Positions 13,560 through 25,955 of a stretch of DNA of 64,000 nucleotides are shown here, in pieces; positions within the stretch are counted from its first letter, which is position 1, and every line of letters starts with the position of its first letter. The stretch is from Lama guanicoe. Taxonomy: Eukaryota. A program made the position numbers and the translations under genes. The notes beneath the pieces are model-generated. The model saw only the letters and a list, made by a program, of their open reading frames with translations. It ran no database searches and was not told where the DNA came from. The DNA is taken from assembly GCA_013239625.1 (NCBI GenBank), contig MU053810.1, forward strand, positions 2,243,518 to 2,307,517, read 5' to 3'.

Positions 13560-13790
13560 CCTGATGGTCTTCTTGATTATCAGACACTTTCATTACAGCA
13601 AACATTTCCTAACTTGGTTCCCTACTTCAGATCTCTCCCCATCCAATCCATTTTGCTGCCTGATTAATCTTGCTGTGACATCATTTTCAGCAAATCACTC
13701 CCCTGCCCAAGAATTTACAGACTTCCCCAGGCCTGATGAGAAAGCCCAACTCCTTAGCATGCCATTCAGGTCCTTTCCAAACAAACTTAC
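13560..13790 (+). mobile_element. LINE-2 fragment
   Basis: tcctaacttggttccctacttc...ctccccatccaatccatt...tcactcccctgcccaagaa...cccaactccttagcatgccattcaggtcc. Confidence 0.6.
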
Positions 13791-15049
13791 CTCTTCTGAA
13801 TTTTATGTAGAGTCCCTGGTCCCATGACGGTCAGTCATCAACACAGCTATCACACTCCCAGCTCCACCCCCAACTTCCTGGGTCCTGCCTCCTCTCCCAC
13901 CACCTGTCAAACCTGGTCCTCCATTAAGGCTCTTCCTCCACTAAAAGGCCTTGCTTCCTTTCCATTATACTCATAAATACCCTCTAAGTGTTTTTCATTG
14001 AGAGTGATCTTAAATCCTCTTTGGCACAAGCAGAGCACAGGATAAAGATCTTACACAGGTGTGCAGGTGTGCACACACAGAAACCCCAGGGAAACCTGTC
14101 CCACCCCCGGCAGTGATGGCATCCTTCTCTGAGCACCTCCAGGGCTCCTGACGACTTCATCCCACGGCCACTAGCCAGGTAAGCATCTCTCCTTAGTGCT
14201 GAGCAAAGTCAGAAACCACAGCTCCAGCTGCTCTGATGCTCTGTTGGCCCCAGAAGAAGCACCGTAATCGTCCTGGAGTGAATGAGTGCTCTGGGTTGCT
14301 GAGTAGTCTCCGAAGAGAAAGGCAAAGGATGTGATGAAATGGAAAATATCTTTGCCAATAAAAATTAGCTCCTGAAGAATTTATGAGTAGTGATCAATTC
14401 TCCAACACACTATGTATTAATGTCTTTAACTGGTTCTTTGTCATTATTTGGTGAAATATAGCTACATAGAAAATCAGATTTCTAACATAACTTGGCATTT
14501 TCTATGATCAGACCTACTTTAAAAAACATTCTTGAAATGTGAATAATTTACCCATCTTTCAAAAAATTAAATGGTAATACTTTGATTAGTAGTAGAAATA
14601 AAAAGTTTAAAAATTAGATGCATAAGGTATGAGCCTATATAGAATTAGAATTTAAAAAATCAGTAAGCTAAAAAAAACATGAGGACATGTATTCAATACA
14701 AATGGAAATGTATAAAGCAAACCAAATAGCAGAGCTGTGAAAATAATAACTGGCCAAAACCACTGACATGTAACCAAAAAGTTACTGCATAATTTTAGCA
14801 TTTGAAAGTATTTAAAAGCTCCAGGAATGATATAAACCAAACTGAGTATCAAAATAACCCCCAAAATAAATGAAATAACATAGTAAGATATTTACCAAAA
14901 ATGACAATTTTTAAAATCCAAATATAAAAACTTTGCCTCATGAAAAGAACTTGGAGAATTTTAAACCGAAAATGTCATAGCACTGCTACAACTTGGCATC
15001 AAAATCACAAAAATGTCATTTAAAATCATGGCTCCATTGGGATAGCCTG

Positions 15050-15294
15050 GCCTGGTAAGGAAGAGCTCAGGTTTTGGAGTCAGAAAGACCTGAGGCCAAC
15101 TGTTGGCAAGCGCCCCAACTAGCTGTGTGACCCCGTGTAGTTTACACAGCCTCTCTGAGGCAGAGCTTCCCCACCTATAAAATGAGAATGAGCGTGCTTA
15201 CCTACGAAAGTTGTCGTGATGATTTAATGAGACACTCTACAGGAAGCCCTTAGGACAAATGACTGGCTCATGGTGAACCGTCACTGAATAATGT
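15050..15294 (+). mobile_element. MIR SINE (near full length)
   Basis: ttttggagtcagaaagacctg...actagctgtgtgacc...cctctctgag...cctataaaatgag. Confidence 0.8.
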
Positions 15295-16952
15295 CTCATG
15301 TGGTCTCCAATCACTCGCTCACTCATTCATCTAGAATCTATGAGGGGAACACAGAAAGGATCTCCATCCTTGCTGAGCGCTTACAACACAGGAATTTGGA
15401 ACCACAGGCTCTGACTGCCGCAAGAATTGCACAGCTGAAAGGGGGCAGGAGGAATGGCAGAGTAACACAAATGCTGTATCTAAGTCTCATACTTGACATC
15501 AGAACAAACAAATATATAATGCAGCAGATGGCTGTGAGGAAAAACAGAAATTATAATAAAGCACACAGTAATACTACTCTCTCTCCGCCTATTACATTCC
15601 AAATCCAACTGGCTTTGCTTCTAGCCCTCTGCAACTTGTCGACTCGGATACCACAGTCTGAGTCCATAACTAGCCCTGATCTAGCTACTAAATTTGATCA
15701 CTTTATTTTCCATTAAGTGGCTCCTATTTGTCTAGTAGGTAGAGAAGGAGGCCGGCAGCAGAGATGACAAGGACATACCCGGGAGTTGGTCACACTCACG
15801 ACAGGCAAGGTCTGCTGCCTGGAACCAGTTATCATGTTGGATATTCAGGTCAGGCAAGGCCCAGGGTCAGAGCCAAATAAATAAGCCCAAGCAGGCAATA
15901 ATTCTCTTTTCCAGGCTGTTGTTTTAATTGCTTACTCCCTTCTGCAGAGCCAGAATGTTCCCAATCCTGGGACTGCCGTTAACCGTGCGGAAGTCATGGA
16001 GATGCCCAGGTGTACATGGGCAAGAAAAGGTGGGGGGACCCTCTCCGAGTAAAGACTTTTTCAGTTTATTTCAAGAACCATTGATAGATTGCCTACTGTA
16101 TGTTAGAGCCTTGAGATAAAAACCAGAACTATCAGTGATGCTGTGTTCTCCTACCCGCCCCCCACAAGAAATACACAGCAAACGATCATACGTCCAGGAT
16201 TGAGACTCTCAGGATTTGAAAAGTGAAAGTGTTCTGCCTGCACTCATTCAGAGACGTACGGTCTAAAGCAATGAGGTAGCAAGGTTCCATGTTCTCTCAC
16301 AGCCTCTGCTTTAACTGCCTCTGAGGCCATTAAGCTTTCACATTTATTCAAACATAAACATGAACGTCTCCCCCTTGATGTCTTTTCTCTCCCATAATAA
16401 TCTGCACTCTAATTCAAAGAAATGCAATTTCATCGTTGGTTCGCCAGGCTGATGTTTGAGAAAAGATCGTGTGATACAAACCATAATGACTAAGGGATAT
16501 AATGAAGACTCCACGGGCAGATGATTTCAAGCAATACAGTCATTTACTACAAAGCGATTCCTTCCCTGATGAAAGGTTTAAAGAAATTAAGCTTCAACTA
16601 CAGCCATGAATTGTTATATTCTAGATGCCAGCCATCACCATCCTTGTCATCGGTGAATCTCTAACTCAGAAAGGACTCTGGCCAGTAGGCAGAGGGGGCC
16701 GAAGAGGACTGTGGCCACATGACGGATTTATTACTGTTCTGCTGGGAAGTGCTGGTTTAGCCCTAGCGTGACCTGTGTGAATGGCCACACAGGGGGCCCT
16801 GAACTACAGCTGAAGCAGGTGGTTTAGCTTAGTGCCTGGATGCTATACTACAGGAGATTCTGGTTTCACTCATATCCTCAGTCAAAAGTAACTATTCCTG
16901 GCCAAATAACATCCATCACTCTCCTGTCTACAAAGGGTTGCAGGATGCTGAC

Positions 16953-17026
16953 CTCCTGCAAACAACAGGCTTCTCTGGAGAGGGAGAAGCCATTCCGAGG
17001 TAAATGAGTAACCCGGACATCAGCAT
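16953..17026 (-). other. candidate 74-nt exon
   Basis: Minus strand reads ctgtttcactccctctttgcag|ATGCTGATG...GCAGGAG|gtcagc: strong acceptor, moderate donor, unique-looking sequence. Confidence 0.25.
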
Positions 17027-20000
17027 CTGCAAAGAGGGAGTGAAACAGCTGTAGAAAAAACTCAAGTGGTTGTAGGATCTGTTTAACTCTGAACTCCGAA
17101 CATTTGGAGATGGAAGGGTCAAATGCGTATTGCAAACAGAAAAAAAAAAATGCCCTTGAAGTAAGAAAGTCATCTCCCAAAGTGGATCTAGGTAAGCAAA
17201 AGCTTCACACGGACACCACGTAATGTATCTCTAGTCTTTCCGGATGCTCCGCTGCTTGGGAGATGGACAAGGAGCTGGAAGGAAGCCGAGGCCCCGCAGG
17301 GAAAGCAAGCGCACTGAAGGAGGAGAGGAAGGCAGGGCAGACGGTCACGAGTGTCCCAGTGGGGAGCCAGGGGCAGAGGAGATGCACAGGAGGCACAGGG
17401 GAGAGGTGGAGAGCCAGTAGAGGGTCCCCTATTAGCTTCTAGAGACCCCACGTTCTCCCCAGAAGGTCACAGGCAAGAGAGATGAAGGCTGCCAGGAAGA
17501 AGTGTCAAATGTAAAGTGTAAGGTCAGAGCCTGGACAGGAGTTTCCACCCACTGGGGCCACCCTGTTGACCAAGAGCCGACACGCCTGGCCACCTCACTC
17601 CCCGAGGAAAGGGGACTCAGCCCAAGAGGGAGCCTGGCGCATGAGGCAGAGCAGGCGCCATGTCACACAAATGTTCCACGGGACATGTTGGAGAGCCCAC
17701 GTGGCAGGTGGGAGCCAGAGAGGTTGCAGAGTGAAGCACAGCCAAAAGGTCCTTCCACCCAAAGTTCTTCCAAGTTGTAAGGTGGACAGAATTTCACGGT
17801 CTACCAAAATAAATGATGTGCAGCGTAATATGCAGCATTATCACAGAGACTCCAGGGAACTAAAAACCCAGGAAGATAACATCACTGTTGGTAAAGCCAT
17901 CACCAGTAATTAGAAGGTGACTAGCTCAGCCCCATGTGAAGACTGAACAAGCTTAATGGTCCTTGGCAAGACAACACACTCCTTCCACACTGCCCTTCCC
18001 CCCCCCCTTTTGAGTAAAGTCAAATGCTTTGATTCCGGTAGAAAACATGAACTGGTTTCCTTGCTCTGTTAGGTAGCAATCTGATGTACCAATTCTCTAC
18101 ACCCACTACACCAAATATCCAGTTTCTAATATATTTCTCATATATGGATTGATCTAAAAACACACGCAAGAAAAAAAATAAACAAAGCCAGCTCGTTTTC
18201 TCCATAGGCAGTAATTAAGGTGACTTGTTTGGTTAGTTAGGTTTTTCTAAGTGTGTTTTTTTTCCCCTCTCCAGAGGAAAACAGGACTGGCTCAGTGTAA
18301 ATGCCAACTTCTCAAAAGAACTATGTATTTTTTTTTTAATTGTAGTTTTTACTGAAGTGTCGTTGATTTACAGGAAGTATGCACTTTTAAGACAAGAGGA
18401 AACTATCCCTGACGTGGGAAGGAGGGAGGTTTTTTATGCTGATGAAACATTGTTCTTTTAAATGGCAATTTACAATAGTCTTAGTAACATGAGTCAAAAA
18501 ATTATTCACAAATAATTGTAGCAGGAAAAAAAGTGTCTTACAGAATTGCAGATTACTTTGCAAGATAAACACCAGAATTTAGTCATCAAGCATTTATTTA
18601 CCACCTACTGAATGAAAACCTACAGTTATCCTACTAACTGTATATTTACCATGTCAAAGACCTGTTCAATGATATTGGCATTTTATTACACAAATGAATT
18701 TCAAAAATCATAAATTCACAGAAAATTTAAAATTTAAAGGTCATTTAATCAGGTTTGTTTCCCACCACTAGCCACCATTTCCCCTCTCATTTAAAATGTC
18801 TCAAATTGAACCCACCATGATGAGTTTAATACCTTCATAAATATTTTCACTGCATGGCTTTATTTGGTTTCCAACTTATCCGCAATATCCAATTTTCTAC
18901 AAGTAACTCTAAGTTTTGCTTCCCTGTTTTCACAGCCACCATCCTGATCCAGCCTCCTCGCTTCCTCCAAGCTTTGCATTTCATAAAATCCCTCAACCAT
19001 GATTCTTCAAAGGCTTTTTCACTACCCTGATTGAGGACTTCATCCTTTCTCTGCAGAGCTTCTCCGCCCTCCAGAACACAGACTCTCCTGAATGACCGCC
19101 CACACCAGCCATGACATCTTTGGATCTTTGGGAGGGGACAGCTTTATGGCTGCCCTATGTCTTGCTCCCATTCAGCTATCTCTCTGCCATCCCATGTGCC
19201 TGCTCTGCAATACCCCCCCATTCCCCCATCACTTCTCTAGGTTGGTGTCCCTAGTATTTGTTGAAAGAAACTTTTGTTATGGAACCACAGCATAGCGTGC
19301 ACTTTTGAACTACTTTCTGAATTTGATTATTCTTCAAAGACCAAACCATGGCCATTCCTCTGTATCCCTCATGGTGTCTAATACATAGCTCTGAAACCAA
19401 CTCTGCTCAATCGATGATTATTGATTGAGAGATGATGTCATGGGTTTTTTTGCATCAACTCGGGTTGTACATATCCCACTGTGGAGATAAAATGTTCTCA
19501 GAGAGGGCCTTTCTAATCAGAATGGCACTAAGATCCTTGTCTACACAGGTGCAATCACATGAGGAATGTAGGAAAACAGTCACATGGTTCTGTCATTCAT
19601 ACAAACTGGCCTTTGCTTCAGTTACTTTGACCCTTTAGATAAAAGGATTGGTGAAGAAACCTGTGTAAGGGGGTAAACCTCAGAGATCTGAAAAACACTT
19701 CCAGTTCTTGAGTCTATGATAAATATTTATAAAGAAACTAAAAGTAGCTAAAGAATTAAGAATTCAAAAAATCTTACATCATGTATGCAAATTCTGGCTT
19801 TACTCCTATTGTTGCAAACAATAAAATGCAATGTAACCTGAAATTCTCTCTTATATGTATGTATGCACTGATTTTGTTCTACTAAAGACATTTGATTTTG
19901 ACCATCAGATTGTTGATTTTTCAAACCAGTCTAGTCTTTTTCTGACCTACATAATTTCTTTACAGTCAGAGTGAAATTGTGTAAGTTCAGTAGTGACAAT

Positions 20001-20447
20001 GCTGTCTGAAAAACTTTCTCTTCATAAAATCTCCTCTAAAAGGCAGGAATCACTAATGAACAAAAAGAGGAAAATAAAACAAAGACATTTTGATATTAGG
20101 AAAATTCTTGTAAGAGTTATCTGCTGAGTCAAATACCTGAATGTCTTCGAATTGAACTAAAGCATCCTGTCTCCTGTCTATATGCCCTCGCCTTGGAATG
20201 AGCAGCGGCATAAATTTTCAAGGGGCTGGAAGCAGCATGTGACTCCAAGCATTCTACTTTACAAACATAGGACAGTCCCACAAAGCAGCAGCATGAGACA
20301 CCAGTGGACATGGACCAGTTTGCACATGGCAAAATGTCTAAGCTTTCTGCAGCCACATGGAAGAGGAGCTCAAGGATATGGAAAAGTCTCAGTAAAATTC
20401 TGGGGAACGATGCCAGGAGGACTCAATATTTGAGGCAAAATTTGATG

Positions 20448-20619
20448 GAACTGGCTCTCAAACGTGAACATGTGTGAGAATTACATGGGACACTTAATAA
20501 CAATGCAGATTTCTAGGCCTTCCTTCTCGTGGGTCTGGGGCCAGGCCCACAAGGGAGCATTTTCAACACACTCACCAGGTGCCTGTGATGCAGGAAACCA
20601 CAATTTTGAGAGACACTGG
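20448..20619. mobile_element. hAT-Charlie MITE, MER5-like
   Basis: ctctcaaac...gaattacatggg...aatgcagatttctaggcc...gcattttcaaca...ccaggtg...tgatgcagg...ttttgagagacactgg. Confidence 0.75.
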
Positions 20620-21339
20620 TCTACGGAAAGCACCTCATACTTCTTCTCCCTCAAAAAACCTTTTAGAACTGGAGAATTAGGCAATAGGTCATTTAATGGA
20701 ACTAAAGAAGGAACAGCAAGATGTTACTCCAAATTCTCAGGTTCCTATTCACATGAGAGCAGCCCCCCTGTTCTCCATTTGACACACCCACAGCCAAATA
20801 CACAGACAAGTAACAGATTGAGAGGAGGACGTTCACTGCACCTGCAAACAGTGCCTGACTTGTGTACACACACACCCCCCTCTTAGTTCTTTGAGTCTCC
20901 CCAGCACAAAGCCTAGTACATGACATAAAACAGACATCCAACAAACATTTGCTAAAAGACCAAATAACTTTAGAGCAGTAAGTCACAGGAAATCCACCTA
21001 ACGGATCAGCAGGGAAAGCCCAGGCTGGCTAAACTGGCCACGGACGCCCCACCAGACTGAACTGAAAAGCTCCGGTGATACTGGCTGTAAAAGAAGTAAA
21101 AGCACGGAATGCTGAATACTTACAAGCAAATATGTTTCTAAATCATCGTTTTATTTCTTCTCACATATACCCACCAACAGATAGATAACACAGAGAGAGA
21201 GAGAGATGTATAAAAATGCATTAATGCTATCATATACATTTTTTAAATTATTGCAACCTTTTCGCCCTTTTTTTGGTTCGCCCCATTCTGGGTAAGTCCC
21301 CAGAACAAATGCTAACACCCTAGTGTACCTTAGTCAATA

Positions 21340-21745
21340 TTTTTTCTCTACACATACAATCTTAAACATATGCAAGTACAGAAACACACACACACACGTG
21401 CACAGAGGGAGAGTTTTGTAATTTATACAATTCTCTGTATCTATATTTCTCACTGACCAATACCACACGGACATCCCAAAAGGCATCTGGTATACCTCTA
21501 TTTCATTCTTTTTAACAGCTGTATAATATTCTATGGTCTGAGTTATCATAATTTATTCTACTACTGCCTTGTTGGTGGGTTTTCACTTGGTTTCCAGTTT
21601 TTCGCTGCTGCACACAATGCTGTCCTAGAGACCCTTGCTCGTGTACCTTACATACTGATATTTCTGTTTCTACAGGAGAGATTTCCAGGAGTGGAACTGC
21701 TGGATCAAAGAATATATATATTTTTAAGGTTTAACAACTGTTAAA
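21340..21745 (-). mobile_element. ancient LINE-1 (L1ME-like) 3' fragment
   Basis: The 21334-21549 minus ORF contains the ORF2 remnant TIEYYTAVKKNE; also ccaggagtggaactgctggatcaaag. Confidence 0.8.
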
Positions 21746-23603
21746 TTTAAGACGGTAACATGTTACATTTCCAAAACAATTATTATTTTAATCAAGATAA
21801 GAAAATTATACTTAGAAGGCAGAGAACACATAATCTTTCTGCGCCAGTCTTCTAGTTTCTGCTAAACTTCTAAGTTAAGCCTGCTCTGCTCTGGTCTGCC
21901 TGTTGGCCAAGCTTCTCATTTCCCCTAAAGCTTGGGACTCCGATGGCCTTTGCTGTCCCACGAACTCCCTGCAATTATATTTTAAAGTTGGCATACTTTT
22001 GCTTTTGTACCTTTTTCAAAGGAGAAGTTCAATCACTTTCATCAAACTTCCAAAGGGGTTCATGACCCAAAAGGGGCTAGGAGTCACTCCTCTCAAGTCA
22101 GGAGGATAAAAAATGGACTGGGATGTTGCTGATGACATAATTCAGTTTTCCTGATGATAACCCCCCAAAAGTGGATTTTACTGAAGAAGTTTCCTATGTC
22201 CATTAAGCAATAAAAAACATTTTATCCACATTATTTTCAGAAGGAGAAAGCTCTACAAATAGTTTACAAGATACAGGTACTGAGGGTAAAAAGAAGTTAT
22301 TTCCAAAACTAGCTAAAAGATCATTCCTTTGATAACTTTGTAAGTTTAAAAAGCTAAAGCTCTAATCTGTTCTTAGAAACAATAGTTAGTACATATATGT
22401 AAACCAAAAATGTGCAGTATACTGTATACATGTATTTACATGCAATATGATGTGTATGTGCAGTCAAACTGTAAAAATTCTACCTAATAAAACTAAAAAA
22501 GGCAAAAAAATCATTTCTTCCCCAATATACAGTTCCTCAGAGCAGTTGGTACTTGATCTATATAAAGGGAAAGAGTCATTCTGCGCTTCCATTTGAAGAA
22601 AGAGTAAACATTTCAGTGGAAAATGAGAGGGGAAATCTAAATGGAGTACAGGAAAAAATAACTGTTTACAGAACTGGGGAGAATATCTTTTGAGGAGACT
22701 CATTAAACACCTCCAAGCCAAGGGCTGTGTTTCCACCCCAGTGCTGCTGGCTTCCCTGCACGCACACCCTCACCCCGAGAGCAGGCAGCGTCTGACCAAA
22801 GGAGGTAGTCAGTAAATGTAGATTAAACCAATATATAATTGAAGCAGCTTTATACAGAATTAAATTACAGGAAATACATGTGGGTCCTTAAATGAGATTT
22901 CTTTGCTAATAAAGGTCTGAAAACAAGAATGCCTTGATTTTTCTTGATTTGTAATTAATGCCAAGAAAGAATTGGAAAAGCATCTGTCTCCTTCTCAAGA
23001 AAGTATCTGATTCTTCATTCTTATAAGGCTCCTGATTTTCATGAAATTACTTTCTTTGTTTCTACTTCATTTCATACATTATTGCCTTTATCATCGAATG
23101 GTATAAATACAATCCTGATGACTGTATAGTGTGGTTATTAAGTAGTAACCATTACATTAATAAGATCTCTAACTTCTAGTTTAAAATCTAAACAAAAGGA
23201 TAAAGAAAATAGATATAAAAAACATTCAATTAATTAACAAATTCTAGAGAGAATAAGGTCCATCAAAACAGGTAGAGCTTTAATGATGTCTCTGCTCGTT
23301 ATGCTGTGAAATGAGTGATCTGCCCTCTGGAATAGGAGATATTTTGAAAAAGATCTGATTACCTCACTTCCAGAAGCAATACCATCTCTGTGACACTTTG
23401 TCACCTTAGCTATTTCCTAAAACATACGGAATGACTAAAAGACACAGGAGCTGCTGAGCTAATTTACATGACGGGAATGTAGATTGCAAATGGTGCAGCT
23501 GTTTCAGTGTCCGGCAGTGAATTAAATCAACTTAGCCATTGACAACAAAACAGAAAAGATAACTCATCTTTTCTCACTCTTCCAGGTTTTTAGGGAGACT
23601 CTT

Positions 23604-23747
23604 TTCCTTTTTATTTCTTTTTTATTTTTTTAATCCTTTGGGGAGAGTTAATTATGTTTGTTTGTTTAATGGAGGTACTGGGGATTGAACCCACGACCTT
23701 GTGCATGCTAAGTATGAACTCTACCACTCAGCTATACCCCCCACCAT
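23604..23747 (-). mobile_element. tRNA(Ala)-derived camelid-type SINE (Vic-1-like)
   Basis: tggaggtactggggattgaacccacgaccttgtgcatgctaag...ctctaccactcagctataccc; T-rich tail; TSD ggagactctt at 23594-23603 and 23748-23757. Confidence 0.9.
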
Positions 23748-23774
23748 GGAGACTCTTCTCTGAACAAGTTAGCT

Positions 23775-23948
23775 TTATTATATTATATATATAGCATATA
23801 TATGTATATGTGTATCTGCATATTACATACAGATGCATAGACATGTGCATACATAAAATACACAATGGATATGTATTACATGCATGTATACATGTAAACA
23901 TTTTATATGTATTATATGTAATAATATATACAGTGTGTAGTGTACACA
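23775..23948. repeat. degenerate (TA)n/(TG)n/(CA)n low-complexity tract
   Basis: Alternating purine-pyrimidine runs tatatatag...atgtgtat...catacat. Confidence 0.7.
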
Positions 23949-25804
23949 CCTAAGACTTTAAGAAGTATTCTCGTGGGGAATAAAATATTCTAGCATGAAA
24001 AGTTCTCTCAGAGACTTGGAGATTATCCAACTCTAAGGAAATCTTGTAAAGTATATGTTCTCTGTCCAATAGAAGAAACATAGTTAAGATTTACTTTAGT
24101 TTTAAGTTTAGTGATTTATAAGCATTATAGTCATTCTAGACATAAAGAAAAAAATCTGTATAAGGGCTCTAAGATTGTCTGTTTAATTAAAAATAGGATA
24201 GGATCCTTGGTTTCACTATTCTTCACTTCTTTAGTTTAAGTTAAGAATGTGAAATTTGGTATATTTAGTTGCTTGGTGTCTAAAAGCACCATGTGCTTAG
24301 AAACCTAAATCTGTAGCTGAAGATGCTTGTTAAATTTCCCTTACAAGATGTTTGCAGATTATAGACTCCCTTGAAATAAAAACAATTTCACATAAATAGG
24401 AGCTCAGAGTGTCAGTCAAATGGAGCCCTGACTTCCCTACTCGTTAGGATCAAACTTGTGTCACCTTAATTTCTGATTTACTATCATCCTCACCCTTGAC
24501 TTCACGGAAAACCAAAAAAGAGGCAGGAAGGAATGAAGAAAGGGAGGGAAATTCTAATTGCTCTCTTCACCCATTAAAAAAGTACAACTAATATTTTAGG
24601 AAGCTTAAGTAGAGACCTCATTTCAGAATACAACACAATGACTGTTCCAAATGGAAGCTTTTTTACAGAATGAGGCCAACATAGTCAACTTTCTGCACAG
24701 AATTTCTTGAGCCAGTTTCCATCCATACAAGGCCACTGTAGAAAACTCCAGTGGGTGGTCCTTCTGAAGACAGTGGACGCCATAATCAAAGTTCTGAGAT
24801 AACCTTAAATGATAATTAGATCATGTAATTTCTGGCAAAAGAAAACACGGGTATTTTAATGAGAGCTGAAAGATTCAGCGCACTCATCAGGCCTACTGTG
24901 TGTTGCTGGCTACCACCAAGAGGACTTCTCTGAACCCAGCCCTACACCACAAATTTGGTTTTGTCGTCTGACTCCATGATGAAGCAGTGATTTCAAAGCA
25001 GTGCCCTCCGTTCAAGAATACGTTATAAGGAAACTCAGAGTATTAATTAATGACGAGAATTAAGCAATACTCAACCCCCTCATGAACCTATTAATTTAAT
25101 GAAATGGGGTCTCTTTAGGTGAGCTTCTCTGTATGAGGAATTGTGGGACAGCAAGCGCTGGACTGAGCTTTACCCTTGAGCGACTGCTCGGATCCATGTA
25201 GTCAACTCAAGGCTGTGGGTCTCAGCAAAACAAACTGCTTCTAGACAGGAAAAGGGGGGTGGTAAAGAACAAACAGTGCCACCGCGGAGAGAAAAGACCA
25301 ACTTTCAAAGTCCACGAGCCACCACATGATCAATCAAAGCCATTCAAGACAAAATCTGAAAATTAGAAATCATGAGAGAAGTGAGCTTAAAATCACTAAG
25401 ACATTTCCTAAAAGTATACGAATATGTAGAGTAACTCTAGTTACTTCTGCATAGAAAAGCTGAAAAATAGCCAGGATTCCAAACGAGACGAGTTGCTGTC
25501 AGTGGATGTATCACTGTAGCTGTTTTGTCTTCTTTTGTCCTCTGTTGTTTTTAAGTACACTTAGTGCAAAATTAGACACATCTTCCAATGTGAAACTGAG
25601 CCCCTTTCTCCAACCTATGCCCTCCAGCCAATATCTGAGACTGGTCTAGGAAATGAGCTTTTAAAAACAATAGTCAAATGAAATGGCAAGTCTGATCATT
25701 ATTATTTTGGCAGGAAAAAAAAAAGAATAGTGGTTCCTTTTTTTTCAAGTTCTTTTATTGCCCACTTGAGCTATTACTGCAGAATGGTTTTTGTGCTATA
25801 ATCA

Positions 25805-25955
25805 AGATCATTACAACTGGAAGGGATTTCAGGGATCATTTAGTACAACCCATTATTTTTTGCCCTGAAAAGGTCAGTGGTGCCCAAAATCACACACAGT
25901 AGCAGAGACAGGAATGAACCCAGATCTCCTAGTGGCTGATCCAGTGCTATATTTT
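25805..25955 (-). mobile_element. MIR (MIRc/MIR3-like) fragment
   Basis: ctggaagggatttcagggatcatttagtacaaccc...tgcccaaaatcacacacagtagcagag...gaacccagatctcct. Confidence 0.65.
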
